From: Gracilinanus agilis
Taxonomy: Eukaryota
NCBI RefSeq assembly: GCF_016433145.1
Contig: NC_058131.1
Location: 528,021,569-528,085,568 of the forward strand
DNA length: 64,000 bases
Direction of reading: 5' to 3'
Positions 46,201-59,299 of this stretch are shown here, piece after piece. A model generated the notes under the pieces. That model saw nothing but the letters and a program-made list of their open reading frames with translations. It was not told the origin of the DNA and did no database searches. The translations under genes and the position numbers were made by a program. Numbering within the stretch: position 1 is the first letter of the stretch; each line of letters starts with the position of its first letter.

Positions 46201-49200
46201 GAAGCAGAGGTAAAGCCTGGGCCCAGGGGCGTGGAGTCATGGGTATAGTGCTGGTGTTGGGCCTGGGAAAACTGGCCAAGGGTTTTTAACACTGATAGTG
46301 TAAGGGAAGGCACCCTTTGATCACTTGCCATCATAGAGCAAGGGATGCTAAGAAGCCCTAGGCCTGGGCCTGAGCACCAATTTCATCAACTCATTTCCTC
46401 CCAGAGAGCAGGATACTCCCTGCAAGAGATATTCCATCTGGCCCGAAGCCAGATCTCTCAGCAGAGAGCACTGGCCCTGCAGGTGTTGGCCCGAATCATC
46501 TCTAAAGTGAGTAAGCTTTCACTCCCTCTCCCTACTAATTCTTTTCCTTCTCAGTTCTTTTCTCTCACTACTATACGCCCTTTTTTTATCCTGTCTCACT
46601 AATTCAGAAATTCCCTTCATGGATGTCAGTATGAAAAATGAGGGGTGGAGGGCCTAGGATATGCAGTGGAAAGACTGAAGAATTGTTGAGATCATTGTCC
46701 TCTCTGAATATTTCCCCCGGACACTTTCCAGGCCCAGGCAGGGGAATTTGGGAGTCAGCTGACAGACAGTGTCCTTCGCCTTCTGCTGGATGCAGGTTTC
46801 CTCTTTCTTCTGCGTTTTTCACTGGATGATGGTGTGGACGGTGTTATTGCAGCTGCTGTATGGGCACTGCGGGCCTTGTTGGTGTCCCCTGGAGATGAGG
46901 TAACCTTTGGTTATAGAGCACCTCCTCCTCTTCATTTGGTGGAGGTGCAAAGGGAAGTCAGATATGGGTAAGGGGTGGCAAGGGGACCACTCACTAGTAC
47001 TACCCAGGCAGGGGACCTGGAATGAAGTAAATTTATTATGGAAAGAGTTATCTTCCTCTGCCATGATAGAGGGATTCAACCCAGGCCAAAGACCAGAGGA
47101 GAGAAAAAATAGCATGTTCTTCCAGCAGGAGGAGAAGGGAGCACAAGCATCCCTTTGCCCTGGGACCCAAGTTAGGACTGCTTTCACCTCTAAACATTTA
47201 CTCTTCTGGTAGGAACTCCTGGATGACACCTTCTCCTGGTATCAGGGAGCAGCTGTGTTTCCTTTGATGCCATGGCAAGAAGAAGAAGAAGAGGAAGATG
47301 AAGAAACCCCAGCAGAAAAAGCAAGAAAGAAGAACCCTCAAGAGACCCGGCCCCCACCAGATTTGGCCCGATATGATGTCATCAAAGTATGGATGACTAG
47401 GGGCCAGATTAGTATCTGCAAACACATCTAACAGTAGGCCCAGGAATCTAGGAGCACATAGAGTGGTAGAATTGAGATGGGGATGGATATTTCCAGGGAG
47501 CAGGAAGCTTTGACTTTCTTGGATTACCTGTTTTTGTTAGTATTTCTCTATCCTTTGACCCTACCTAGGGCCTTCTGGCTACTCAGCTACTTCCTAGACT
47601 TCGATACCTACTCGAGGTGACCTACCCTCCCTCCACTGTGGTCCAGGACATTCTTTCTGTGCTGATCCGAGTGGCAAGGCACTCTTTAGAATCAGCCACA
47701 AAGGTAATGAAAAGGTAGGAGATGGAGAGAAAAGGAGAGATGTAATCAAAATCTGTGCCTTGATTTGCAATGTCTTTGTCCTCCCTTCTCTAGGTATTAG
47801 AGTGCCCTCGGTTGATAGAGACCTTAGTTCGAGAGTTCTTACCTTCAAGCTGGTCTCCTGTGGAGGAGGGACCAATTTCCCGCCTACATGGCATGCCCTG
47901 TGCTGCTGCCATGAAGCTGCTTCGTGTCCTGGCATCAGCTGGCAGGAATATCTCTGCCCGTCTGGTAAGCAAGGCATGAAGACGGCCAAGGCTTTAATAA
48001 AAACAGTAGGGAATGGGTCACCAAGAGAGCAAGATTGAAAAATCCTATCTGAGTGTAGCAGTATCTTGTTTTTTTACATCATCATTGTTATCCTCATTAT
48101 CCTTCCTCCTCCCCTTCCCAGAGAACCATCTCATCTAGTATTTTCTAAAGACAAAAAAAGAAAAAGGGGGAGAAAAATCAGCACAACTGATCAGTTCATT
48201 GAAAAAAGATCCCAAAATGTGCAATATCTAACAACTGCCAATATATTCGAGGATGTCCTGTCAGATCTTTTCATGTTATGCTCACTTTTGATTTTTTAGC
48301 ACGTGGTTGTTCTTTCCATTTACATTGTTGTAATCACTATATGTGAATGTTGTTTTTTTGTTGTTTTTTTGGTTCTAATTAATTCACTCTGCATCAGTTT
48401 ATATAGATCTTTTCATGCTTCTCTGAAGTCATCACATACATAATTTCTTAGAGCATAGTAATATTCCATTACATTCCTGTAGTTTGGGTGGCCATTTCCC
48501 AACTGATGGTCATCTGTTTTGTTTCCAGTTTTTTGCTGTTGAGTCAGATACTCACAAATATATACCCATTTCTCACCTGGAGCTAAAAACTTTTGTCTTC
48601 ATCAAGACACCCATATCCTCTGCATTAATCTTTGTACCCCCTATACATAATGTCTTACAAATGTAGGAGTCCTATAATTGTGAATGAATGAATGAATAAA
48701 TGAATCTTTGCCTCTACAAGGCATGAAATGCCATACCAGAGTGGGGAATGGAAAGGTCAGGTCTCTATTGGACTAAGTCATACTATGGACCCAGATGGAT
48801 AGTCCAAGCAATTAAGCTTTTAGCCCTATTTGAGTCACAAATGTTATAGTCCTTCTGAATACCAGTGGTGGTAGTGGTGGTGGTGGAGGAGGAGGAGGAG
48901 GGAGTGGGTGGTTGTCCAAAGATGTGGAGAGTTTAGGACTCTGATCTGCCTTCTGGTCTGGATATATTTTCTTAGATGAGTGGTTTTGATCTTCGAAGTC
49001 GCCTGTGTCGATTTGTGTCTGAGGCCCCCCAGGAATTGGCCATGCCTATCCAGGAGGCTGAGCAACTGAACACTGAGTCCTTTAGGCTCTGGGCAGTAGC
49101 TGCTACATATGGCCAGGGTGGGGACCTTTACAGGTGAGAAGAAGTCTGAGAAACAAATGTTCTGCTTTGTATATGGACATCTTCTTTGGCTTCTCCCATA

Positions 49201-52200
49201 TACCTCTGATGTGAATATTGGGAAACCAGTTAGTGTCTTTGTACCATACTCAGGTATCATCTGGAGGGTGCGAGTAGGATTTGGGGCAGCCATATGTATA
49301 TGTAATGGCAAGGATCATGGAAACTCGAAAAGACCTTAGAGTCTGGCTGAGTAGTACAAATCTAGCCTCTGAAACCTACCAGCTATTTGACCCTAGGCAA
49401 GTCACTTTACTTGTTTGCCTTAGTTTCCCCACCTGTAACAAAATAAGAATAGCACTTACCCTCCAGGATTGTTGTGGGGATCAAATGAAATAGTCTTTGT
49501 AAAGTGCTAAGTACATCTTAAAGCTCTCTATAAATGTTAGAAAGCTATTGTTAGTTCATCCCCCTTCATTTTACTGGTGAGGAAAGGGAGGCTTAGAGAG
49601 GTCTCCAGATAGTAAACAGCCAGGATTTGAACCCAGGTCTCCTGACTCCAAAACCAGTGTCCTTTGCACCGTGGGGATCCTGTCCCAAGATTAGCCCTGT
49701 ACCCCAGAGGAAAGCACATAGTCTGGGTACAATATTCGAGCATGAAAGCCTCATGCCTTTTTTTATCTGTATTTCTCTCAGAGCAGCTTTGCATGTAATA
49801 AAAGCTATGTACATGATTGTGGAGTCAAATTGAAAGGAAGCCTTGAGAAAGAAGTCATCGAAAAAGGATACATCCAACCTGAGGGGTGTGTTCCCTCTAT
49901 TTTCTCCAGTTTTTTAATTCCTACCCTTCTTGAGAAACAACTCAAGACCCACCTTCCTCTTGGAGCTTTCTTGTATGGCCCTCCTTCTCTCCCTTCCTTG
50001 AGTCCCTGCAGAACATACCCTGCACCACTCACTTGATATTTAGCCTGTACTGTAGTGATTACACCTCATGTCCCTTCAGCTGGATAGCAAGCCCCTTGAA
50101 GGCAAATGTTGGGTCTTTGCCAGTTTGTATTTCCAGAACTAAGCACAGGACCTTTTACACAACAGACATTCAATAAATATTGGATGATATCCTTTCCCCA
50201 TCTTTCTTTAACAGGGAACTCTATCCAGTACTTGTTCGGGTGCTTCAGTCCCTGCCCCAGGAGTTGAGTATCCAGCCCTATTGCCGACTTGCCATGCAGC
50301 GAATCTCAGCCTTAATCACTCTGCTTACTTGCTTGACCCAGGCATCAAGCAGCAACAACACAGAGCTTCATGCCCCAGTCAGCAAGTGAGTCTGAGCCTG
50401 TGAACATGCCCTCAGGGTGGGTGCTCTGACCCTGCCTCTACAGTACATTGCCTTGGAGAAATAATGGCTCTAGCCCCGAACTGCTTCGCTCCAATGCCTC
50501 CAAATTCCTGAGCAGAGATGAAGAAGGGAACTGTGAGCCCTCACTTTCTACCTATTCTTTTTATCTTTGTAGTAACCCTGCTGAGTCCAACCTGGCACCT
50601 GTCCCTCCCTCAGTCACCTGGGCACAGGTGTCTGGTCTCCGTCCTCTCCTAGAACCGATTCTTCGGCAAGTTCTGAAGGAGCTACCCCAACTTGAGACTT
50701 GGAGGGCCTTGACCCCATTACCTACTGCCTGCCTGCTCTACCTAGCAGCCTACTATCAGGCCTGGAGTCAGCAGGTGAGCCCCTAGATGTCCTGAACTCC
50801 ATATCTCCACTGTGTTCACCTTCTTTCTTGCCTCTTGCCTCCTCTATCCCAAATGAACTTCAAAGGAGCATGTTGGGGATTCACAGAATACCAAAGAGTC
50901 ATCCAAAGAGGGTTTCTTCCTTACACATCCCAACTGTTTAGCCCTTCATAGGCCCCCATGAGTGTTTGGTGCCTATAGCCAAAAGAGGCCCCTGGATATT
51001 TCATTCCCAGGGTGAAGAACCTGAAATTCCTCCCTTATTTATTTTGCTCTGTTGGTAGAATAGGGTTGATTCCTGACCTTTCTGGAGACACCAACATTTC
51101 CAGTAGGATTGAGACCTCCTCTGTAATTCAGCTCATTTAAGTATTTCTTGGTTCCTTCTAGCCAAAGCTGTGTCCTGGAGAGTGCCTTCAAGATGTGGAG
51201 CGACTTTCACAGGAGCTGGTACTGCCCCTGCTGAGTCAGCCTGCCCTTCAGAGCCTGTGGGAATCCCTTAGGTATCATTGCCTGGAATAAGGTGCCATCT
51301 CCCACATGGTATTTCTCACCTGTCCCATGTCCTGCCTTTGAGGACAACACAGTTCTGGAGGAGTGCTGCCCAGGCAGATGGAAAATGGCTGCACATTCAC
51401 CATGCCCCAGATGCTAGAGGGAGCTGGGTGTACTTTTGGGACCAGGCCTAGACTTCAGGCTCTTGTATGCCTCGGCAGAACCCACGTGGTGCCTACCCCC
51501 ACCCCCACCCCCAGGTCTTAGCCACAAATCCAAAAAGGAATGGCTCTCCTTTACAGAAGCTCTTGGTTCTGCCTTGTTCTTAGATCCATCTCTTTTCTAG
51601 GGAAGATGCCAAGAAGAACAAAACAAAACCCTTTCTTTTCTCATCCTTGGCTTTTTTCAGTTGAGCTCATTTACACATATTTATTTAGCACCAAGGTGCT
51701 ATGCTAGGCACTGGGAATACACTGCTAAAAACTTGTGTCTCTGCTCTCAAAGAACTTACATTCTACTAAGTGAGTAAGTAGAGGTATATGGAAAAGTAGA
51801 GAAAAGGTCATTGGAAGAGGTTGATGAGAGCACCAGGTCTCCCTGCCAGTGGGTATGATTATATCAAGGTAGCACCTGAGCTAAACTTGAAGAGGATTCA
51901 GAAGGCAGAAATGGGACACAACCTAGACAAAAGCATGGGAAGGAGAGAGAATATCTGGTTTGGGGGTCAGCCTGTAGTTCAGGTTGGTTGTAATGTAGGG
52001 AATATCATGAAATGGAAATAATGTGAAATTGGTTGGTAAGGCAGTTAGAAGCTAGAAGGGGGAGGACCTTTAAAGGCCTTTTGAACAGGCACTGGGAACT
52101 GCTAAGGATTTCTGGATCAGAAGCACAACACGGTCAGATCTGAGCCTGAGGAAGGTTTTTTTTTTTCCTTGGCCAGTTATGTGAAGGATGGATCAGAAAG

Positions 52201-55200
52201 GGAAGAAAGTGGAGTCAGGAAGAACAGTTGGGATACTGTTGCAGTAACTGGGTGACAAGTGATGAGGGCCTGAACTCAGGTGGTGGAGGTGTGCATAAAG
52301 AGGGGCTGAGTGTGAAGGATGCTGCCCAGCTAGAAGCAGCTCATCTTGGTAACTGATGGAGTGTGGGATGGGAAAGAGAGGACATTCAGGAATGAATCAG
52401 AAGTGGAGAAGTACTGAGAGATTGGTGGGGCCTGCAACAGAAAAAGGGAACTCTGGAGGAGGGCTTGGGTGGAGGAAGATAAATCAGCTTCCTTTTGGAC
52501 TTGTTAAGTTTTAAGATGCCTACAGGACATCTGGAGGAGATGTCCAACAGTTGGCAGTTGATTATACAAGACTGGAGTGCAGGAGAGTAGTTAGAAAATG
52601 TAGATTTGAGTCACATGCATATGAAGGCTGATGGTCACCAAGGGAGAGAGGAGGAGGAAGTCTAAGACAGAACTTCCAGGGATACCATCACGATACCATC
52701 ATTTGGAGCACTTTGAGGAAGTCTAAATCTGGTCTTTTTGTCCTCTCCAGGCACTGCTCCCCACTCTGCAACCCACTGTCCTGTGCCCCAGCTCCAGAGT
52801 CCATCCCTAACCTAGTCTCCCTGGGGTGTGTGGAAGGCTGTCCCCCACTCAGTCTAGCTGGATCATCCTCAGCCTTCTCTTTCCTCACCTCTCTCCTCTC
52901 CCTTCTCAACACCCTGGCCCGAATTCACAAGGGGCTCTGTGGCCAGGTAAGTCCTTGGACAAAGAGCTTCTAGATGGGGGTTTAGAGCTTGAGCTCAGCA
53001 GATTGAAATAAGGAAAAAAGAAGGGGGCAAGTGAGCAAGCAAGACAGAGCCCTCTTCTGGCTTGTCTCCCTTGGGAGTAGACAGGAGGAGTGGGGCACAT
53101 CAGGAAGCCTGGGGAAGGGGTAGAAGCTCCTGGACCCCAGGAGCTGAGCAGGTTCTCTCTGCAGCTTGCTTCAGTGTTGACTGCCCCAGGGCTCCGAGAT
53201 TACTTTCTTCATTGTGGAACACCCCCTCCTGTTCCCCGACTCACCCCATTCTTTGCATGGGCTCTGAGACATGAATACCACCTACAGTACCTGGTGCTCA
53301 CGCTGGCCCAGAGAATGGTAAGTTGATAGTTTTGTTGGGTTTTTTATCCCCTGGTTCTTTCTCCTTTCTTATTTTCATCCCACCTATGATTTTAACCTTC
53401 CTGCTCTCTCTACTTACTTTGCTATTTCCATTGGCCCACCTTGCTAGCCTTCCTCTTCCCTATCAGAATACCTCTGCCCCGTATGAAAGTAAATCCCCAA
53501 GTTTGTATCAACTTTATCTCCCTCGTGGCCTCGTGCCTAGGCCTTCTATCACATCTGATATTATCGCCTGTCTCCTTCCTTGTGTCCTCTGCTCTGCAGG
53601 CTGGGCTCAGGCCAGATCCAAGCCCAGATGCCAATCTCTATCACTCTGTGGCACTAACACTTCTGAGTCACCTGCTGCCAGGCAGTGAGTACCTGGCCCA
53701 TGAACTGTTGCTGGGCTCTGTCTTCCAGCCAGAATCCCTCCCGTAAGTCTGGGGCTCAGAAGGGAGGAATGTGATTGGGGGTGGAGCTGGGCAGCCTTTA
53801 GGAAGCCTTGTTTCAACTGTCTTTTGGATGGTCAGGGCTGTTGGACTGCTGATAGAGTCTTGTTTCATCTTACTACAGGGAAGGAACTTCAGGGGGACCT
53901 GAGGCAGCTGACTTTTCTGACAAGCTAAACCTGGGCAGCAGCAGGAGGCCTGGATCAGAGCGAGGGGCCCTGCTGGCAGAAGCGTGCCGGGACCTCCCAA
54001 GCATTCGTGGCTGCTACCTGGCACATTGCACATTGCCTCGCCCTGCCCTGCTGCATTCCCAGGCCCTCTACCAGGGCGAGCCCCTTCATATTCCCTCATT
54101 GCTACTCCCTCTGCCAAAGGAGCCACTGCTGCCCGCAGACTGGCCCTTCCTCCCTCTCATTCACCTCTACCACCAGGCCTCCGGTCCTACCGCTGAGCCA
54201 CTTGCCCCCAGCTCCTTGGGCACTGTCACCCGTGCCCTGCAGTGGGTGCTGATCCTGGAGAGCTGGCGCCCTTCTAGCCTCCGGGCAGTGCCTCCTGCTG
54301 CCCGTCTGGCGAGGCTCATGTGTGTATTCCTGATGGACAGCGACCTGTTCCGGGAGGCCCCCATCCAGCAGCATGTCACAGCCCTGCTTGCCCAGCTTTG
54401 CCAGCCCCAGGCACTGTCTCTCCTCACTCTAGACTGTCCCTTGCCTGGCCTGGCCTCCTTTCCGGACCTCTATACCAGCTTCCTTGAGCATTTTGAAGCT
54501 GTCTCCTTTGGGGACCCTCTCTTCGGGGCCCTGGTTCTGCTCCCCTTGCAGCGCCGATTCAATGTCACCTTACGACTTTCCCTTTTTGGGGAACACGTGG
54601 GAGCCCTTCGAGCCCTTGGATTGCCCCTTGCCCAGGTAGTTACCTACCCACCATGGTTGGAGCACATCTCTTGTGCATGAGCTTTTATGTATGTTGTAGG
54701 CCGTCCCCAAGAAGCACAAGACCCACTGTCCTGCCCATAAGGAGCTTACAGTTGACCTGAACACAGCGGGACACAACAAAAGCCCATTAGAATACATTGT
54801 ATAATCCAATGCTGCTAACTTATATGATTCTAACTTTTAGGGCTTTAGGATTGCAGAGTAAGAGGAGGAATGTGGGCTGCTGTAGGGAAGGAAGGCTTCA
54901 TGCAGTGTCCCTGAAGTCTTGATGCAAACTTAAGCTACTCAAGCTTGAAGTTGCACTAAGACTTTTAGGACCTCTTGTGTAGAGATTTGGGGGCATAGGC
55001 TTAATCCGGGCCTTGAGGGATAAGTAGGACTGGGAAAGATGAAGGGAGCCACAGTGATGAGCCCACCTGACCAGAACAAAGGGTGGGGAGCAGTGAGGAA
55101 TTCTCCCTCCTGTAAGCAACAAGGAAGCCAATTGTGTTCCTGAGCATGGGTGAATTCCTTTTAGGAAGAGTGCTGTGGTGGTGGTGTAAGAAGGAATTTG

Positions 55201-56217
55201 TAACTGCTTCTCTTATAACTGCCTGTTTTCGGGCTCTTTGGATGTTCCAGCACCAACTTCAGCCAAGTTTTCAATAATCCAGAGCCCAGCCTGGAATCAT
55301 GGCCTCTTTGGTCCTATGGTTTGGGTTTCATGTGGTTGTTGGCTCTTTTGCCCTGGTGTTCAGCCACCCCAGCAGAAGTATACTTCCCCTTCCTGCTTTG
55401 AGTATTTGCCCCTGGCCTTAACTTGGGGTCTCCCTCCAGAAGAGGAAAGGGAACTTCATAGCCAAGTGTCTTCTTTGTTCCTTCCAGTTACCTGTGTCCC
55501 TGGAAAACTACACAGCACCCCCTGAAGATAACCTGGAGCTCCTGAAACTCTATTTCCAGGCCCTGGTGACAGGTTCCCTTTGCCCGCACTGGTGCCCTGT
55601 GCTCTATACGGTGGCTGTGGCCCATGTCAACAGCTTCATCTTCTCCCAGGACCCAAAGAACTCAGTAGGTTATGTCCTCATCTCAGTAAGATGTGATGAG
55701 GAGGGATCTGGTGACTTAGACTTACCCCAGATCCTTTGGGGAAGGGGTTTGGCTCCAGAGGAGAGGAGAGTGCTTGGGAGCCAAGAATTTGGTATTTGGA
55801 GGTGATGGGAGGGCCTGTCCCTTTCTGGGTGTTAGAGGGGTCTTCTACAGCTCTGTCTGCGTCTTTATGCTTCTAGGACGCAATGGTGGCCGCCAGCAGG
55901 AGGATGCTCCAGAACACTTGGCTGCTAACCAATGAGGTGGGTGAGGCAGAGGTTGGGGCTGGAGAACAAGGAAGCATCCCAGAGGGAAAGCAGGGTCTCA
56001 GCAGACAGGGGACAGGGCGGTAGCTGTCTTCTCCTGCTCACTCGGCTGTCTCTGTCATTTTCCTCAGTGCCTCAAGCAGCATCTTCTCTACTACAAGCTT
56101 CCCAATGTGGCCCTGCCTGAGGGCTTTGAGTTATACCCTCAGTTGCCTCCTTTGCGACAAAATCGTCTTCAGGATGTAACCAGTGGACTACTCAGGGACG
56201 GGGTGCCAGGGTCTTAG
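40111..56217 (+). CDS. RPAP1: RNA polymerase II-associated protein 1, complete CDS, 24 coding exons, 4185 nt, 1394 aa
   Basis: Starts [21 protein letters not shown]; contains [17 protein letters not shown] and [11 protein letters not shown]; ends ...LLRDGVPGS* (TAG 56215-56217). All junctions are GT-AG and the exon sum is divisible by 3. Confidence 0.98.
40681..40829 (+). CDS. RPAP1: RPAP1 coding exon 2
   Basis: [20 protein letters not shown]...ITAVFTKII. Confidence 0.96.
41118..41210 (+). CDS. RPAP1: RPAP1 coding exon 3
   Basis: [31 protein letters not shown]. Confidence 0.96.
41444..41564 (+). CDS. RPAP1: RPAP1 coding exon 4
   Basis: [23 protein letters not shown]... Confidence 0.95.
41678..41876 (+). 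pseudogene. RN7SL: Degenerate 7SL (SRP) RNA copy in an RPAP1 intron
   Basis: Colinear similarity to 7SL: accaggcattgtggcatatgcctgtaatcc...gagttctggg...taaggagggatgaacc...caggtc, including S-domain sequence absent from Alu; possible weak continuation to about 41965. Confidence 0.8.
43608..43829 (+). CDS. RPAP1: RPAP1 coding exon 5
   Basis: ...[31 protein letters not shown]. Confidence 0.96.
44194..44367 (+). CDS. RPAP1: RPAP1 coding exon 6
   Basis: [12 protein letters not shown]...EPELATS. Confidence 0.93.
45726..45841 (+). CDS. RPAP1: RPAP1 coding exon 7
   Basis: [38 protein letters not shown]. Confidence 0.96.
46108..46209 (+). CDS. RPAP1: RPAP1 coding exon 8
   Basis: [34 protein letters not shown]. 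Confidence 0.95.
46405..46506 (+). CDS. RPAP1: RPAP1 coding exon 9
   Basis: [34 protein letters not shown]. Confidence 0.97.
46732..46899 (+). CDS. RPAP1: RPAP1 coding exon 10
   Basis: [33 protein letters not shown]...SPGDE. Confidence 0.97.
47213..47386 (+). CDS. RPAP1: RPAP1 coding exon 11
   Basis: [31 protein letters not shown]...DLARYDVIK. Confidence 0.97.
47569..47703 (+). CDS. RPAP1: RPAP1 coding exon 12
   Basis: [20 protein letters not shown]...RHSLESATK. Confidence 0.97.
47794..47964 (+). CDS. RPAP1: RPAP1 coding exon 13
   Basis: [17 protein letters not shown]...[18 protein letters not shown]. Confidence 0.97.
48976..49133 (+). CDS. RPAP1: RPAP1 coding exon 14
   Basis: [22 protein letters not shown]...[15 protein letters not shown]. 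Confidence 0.97.
50215..50385 (+). CDS. RPAP1: RPAP1 coding exon 15
   Basis: [18 protein letters not shown]...[17 protein letters not shown]. Confidence 0.96.
50573..50774 (+). CDS. RPAP1: RPAP1 coding exon 16
   Basis: [28 protein letters not shown]...AYYQAWSQQ. Confidence 0.96.
51162..51271 (+). CDS. RPAP1: RPAP1 coding exon 17
   Basis: [36 protein letters not shown]. Confidence 0.96.
52751..52946 (+). CDS. RPAP1: RPAP1 coding exon 18
   Basis: [13 protein letters not shown]...[15 protein letters not shown]. Confidence 0.97.
53165..53317 (+). CDS. RPAP1: RPAP1 coding exon 19
   Basis: [17 protein letters not shown]...[20 protein letters not shown]. Confidence 0.97.
53600..53742 (+). CDS. 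RPAP1: RPAP1 coding exon 20
   Basis: [47 protein letters not shown]. Confidence 0.97.
53879..54635 (+). CDS. RPAP1: RPAP1 coding exon 21 (757 nt)
   Basis: [16 protein letters not shown]...[11 protein letters not shown]...[17 protein letters not shown]. Confidence 0.98.
55488..55664 (+). CDS. RPAP1: RPAP1 coding exon 22
   Basis: [19 protein letters not shown]...[15 protein letters not shown]. Confidence 0.97.
55877..55936 (+). CDS. RPAP1: RPAP1 coding exon 23
   Basis: [20 protein letters not shown]. Confidence 0.94.
56068..56217 (+). CDS. RPAP1: RPAP1 last coding exon
   Basis: [31 protein letters not shown]...GS*. Confidence 0.96.
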   Translation, partial: CLKQHLLYYKLPNVALPEGFELYPQLPPLRQNRLQDVTSGLLRDGVPGS

Positions 56218-56575
56218 TGCCACAGCCCACGGATGGGTAGATGACCATGTTTCCTGGAGACCCATAAAGGAATTCGTTCTCCTAAGTACATACAGATGTC
56301 CTTGATATCCTAGAGATATTCGACTCCAAGAGTCAGTCAGGCAGAAGAGCTTATCCTGTGGAACAGAAGCAAAAGGGCCCCTCAGGCCCTGCTGGAGCCT
56401 GATGGACCGATGCCCTTAACTCCCTCCCGTGGCCTTGGGTCTCACACATCCTTTTCTTTGAGGATGACTGAGCTGTGTGTCCTGCCTCAGGGCAGCAGTA
56501 AGGGCTAGACCAGGCTGGCTGTACGTCCTCCTCCCAGACCAGAATCGGTCAGTTCAGTGGCTGTGAATATGCTGA

Positions 56576-56581
56576 AATAAA
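56576..56581 (+). terminator. RPAP1: RPAP1 proximal polyadenylation signal
   Basis: AATAAA about 360 nt after the stop, followed by a T-rich stretch. Confidence 0.75.
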
Positions 56582-59299
56582 TCGTTTTCTTCTTTCATAC
56601 TCTCCTGGCCACGTGACTTCCTCTTATGTTGATCATTGGTGTCATTTCACAGTTAGGGATGGCTGCAGATCTGTATGGCTTAGCCACAGCTGGATGAACC
56701 TGTGCTTGGGTAGCTCTCTGGCCCTGAATTCTCTGAGCAGACCGCTTTTTATTGATAATTCTGGGGCCTGGGTTTGGAGACAGCACCATCTATTGAAACC
56801 CCTGTTTTGAGCTTCTTGTTGCTCCCCTCTACCCACATCTTTACCAGATGGATGCTATGTCAGGACCTGTCTCTCCCTGGGACAGTGGTCAGAGGACAGA
56901 GCGAAGGTGTGTGGTGGGAGACTGTGATGGGTAACAAGGGATGAGTTGTGCCAAGAGGCATTTGGGGTACCTCAGGCACCATCCAGGTGAAGCGAAGGAC
57001 TGCTCAGGAGGTGAGATGGAGGCCTACTTGGGCCACATCAGGAGAGTGCAAGAACATGCGGCAGATTTTCCCAATAAGTCTGTCCTCGGAATGGGAGGCT
57101 AAGTCCTGATCAGGAGTGCTTTAATGCCTGGTCCTTTGTGGAATTAGCTGCGTCAACAGCCTGTCTGGAGTTATCCACAGCCTCATTGTCACAAGTGGTC
57201 ACCGGCTATTTCCATCAACCCAGAGACCGGGAAATGAGGGAAGGAAATTGGTTCAGAGGCAGTGACGTACATGTCACATGATCTACATGTACAGATAGAT
57301 ACGTAATCAGTATTTTCAGATTTTTAATATTCTTCAGTTTCCATTTTAACATTTGGACTTTCTGCTGTGTAAAACCAAGGCTCAAGACACCCGGTGGTCT
57401 GTTAGCAAAAAACAATAAATACAGCATAAAGCAAAGTTCTATCCTCATACAGCTGTGATAATATTAGAGCACTAAACACCACAAATTCCTTTTCCTGGGC
57501 AGAGAGACAACAACAACATGCCCATTCCATCCCTCCTGTGCCTTCGGACAAGATGCTCTAAAGTCACCATTTAAGAAATTTTAGGTTATTTTTTTGGATG
57601 GTAAAAGAGACATTTAATTTCATCAGTGTAGGCAGTTTCTTTCATTGTAACTTCTAGCCTTAGAGAGATCCAATGGCACCTCCATAATCGGAGGTAGGAC
57701 TTGAACCCAAGATTTGTCTCTCTGAGACCAACTCTTACATCACCATGCAGTCTTTGTAAAATTAAGATCATGAGCACCTAAGTAGATGGAGTATTGGGAT
57801 TATAGTCAGGAAAATAGCAGTCTTGGTTAGTTTGATGCTAGTAGTGTATATGTTTGCAATGGATAGAGCATTTTATTATTTCTAATTAAAAAGCATGTAT
57901 TTTCTCTTCCTCCCACATCCCTTTCCCATGGAGAAAAAAAATGGGAAACCTTGTAAAGTAATTCCTACATTAGCTCTGACCAAAAGTTGTGTCATTCTGC
58001 AACTTGAGTCCATTCCCTGGAAAAGTGGCCAGTCATTGCATTGATCAGAGTTTTTGAGCCTTGAAAAGATGTTTGCCTTTACATCTGTTATTATATAAAT
58101 TCTCCTGATTTTGTTTGATTCCTCTGCACCAGTTCATACAAATCCTCCCAGGTTTCTTTGAAACCATTCCTTTGATCTTTTATTGTGACACAATAGTCTT
58201 CCATCATAGTCGAATATCATAATTTGTTCCGCCATTCCACAAAGGATGAGCACACTTTTAATTTCTAATTTTTTTTGCCCCTAAAAAAAGAGCTGTTCTT
58301 AGGTACATATGAATCCTTTGCTTTCCTGGATCTCTTTGGGTCTAGCACTAACAATGATATCAGAGGATATGAACAGCTTAGTAACTTTCTGGACCTAGTT
58401 CCAAATTGCTTTCCAGAATGATCTTTACCATTTGTGACACCAACAGTCATTAAATGTGTCTATTGTCCCAGTGCACATTTGGCTTGTCATTTTCTTTTTT
58501 TGGTCAGTTTTGCCAATCTAATGAGTGAGAAGCAGAACCTCCAAGCTACTTTGAAATTTGCGTTTCTAGGGGGCAGCTAGGTGGCTCAGTGTATTAAAAG
58601 CCAGGCCTAGAAATGGAAGGGCCTGGGTTCAAAACTGACCTCAGTTGTCTAGCCCTTACTGCTCTTCTGCCTTAGATTATTGGTTCTTTTGCTTCTAAGA
58701 CAGAAGGCAAGGGTTTTTAAAAAATTGCATTTCTCTAATAATGATTTAGAGAATTTTTTTCATATGGTTCAAGATTAGCTTTTTAGTCTTTCAGGGATGT
58801 GGTCAGTCTCTACCTAGCCAATGGCTAGCTCCCCTTTCTATTCAATCAGATTATACCTCTTTCTTTCAGTTTTGAAACATATGGCAAGACCTATATTATC
58901 TGAATATTTTGACCTGATAAAGTTAAATGCACCAAGAAATCTTTGCCTTCTAAGAGTTTACAATAATAATTCAGGACACAATATAACAATAACAAATGAA
59001 CTAGCATTTATATAGTGCTTTAAGGCTTGCAAAGCACTTTGTGTATTATCTCATTTGATTCTCAGGATACTTCTGTGAAGTAGGTGCTATTATTATTATT
59101 ATGCCTTTACAGATGAGGAAACTGAGGCTGACAGAGATTATGTGACTTGCCCAGTCACACAGATGGTAAATGTTGCCAGCAGGATTTGAACTCAGCTCTT
59201 CCTAACTTCAAGTCTAGCATTTTATGCACTACCCCACTATGCCTTACATTTATGTCTTATAAACTTTCAAGCATACAACCTTAAGACATAAGCAGGTCC

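Noticed and set aside
53668-54427. Antisense and alternative-frame ORFs over RPAP1 exons (also 48844-49311, 46819-47229, 47594-47989)
   Set aside because: Shadows of GC-rich coding exons.
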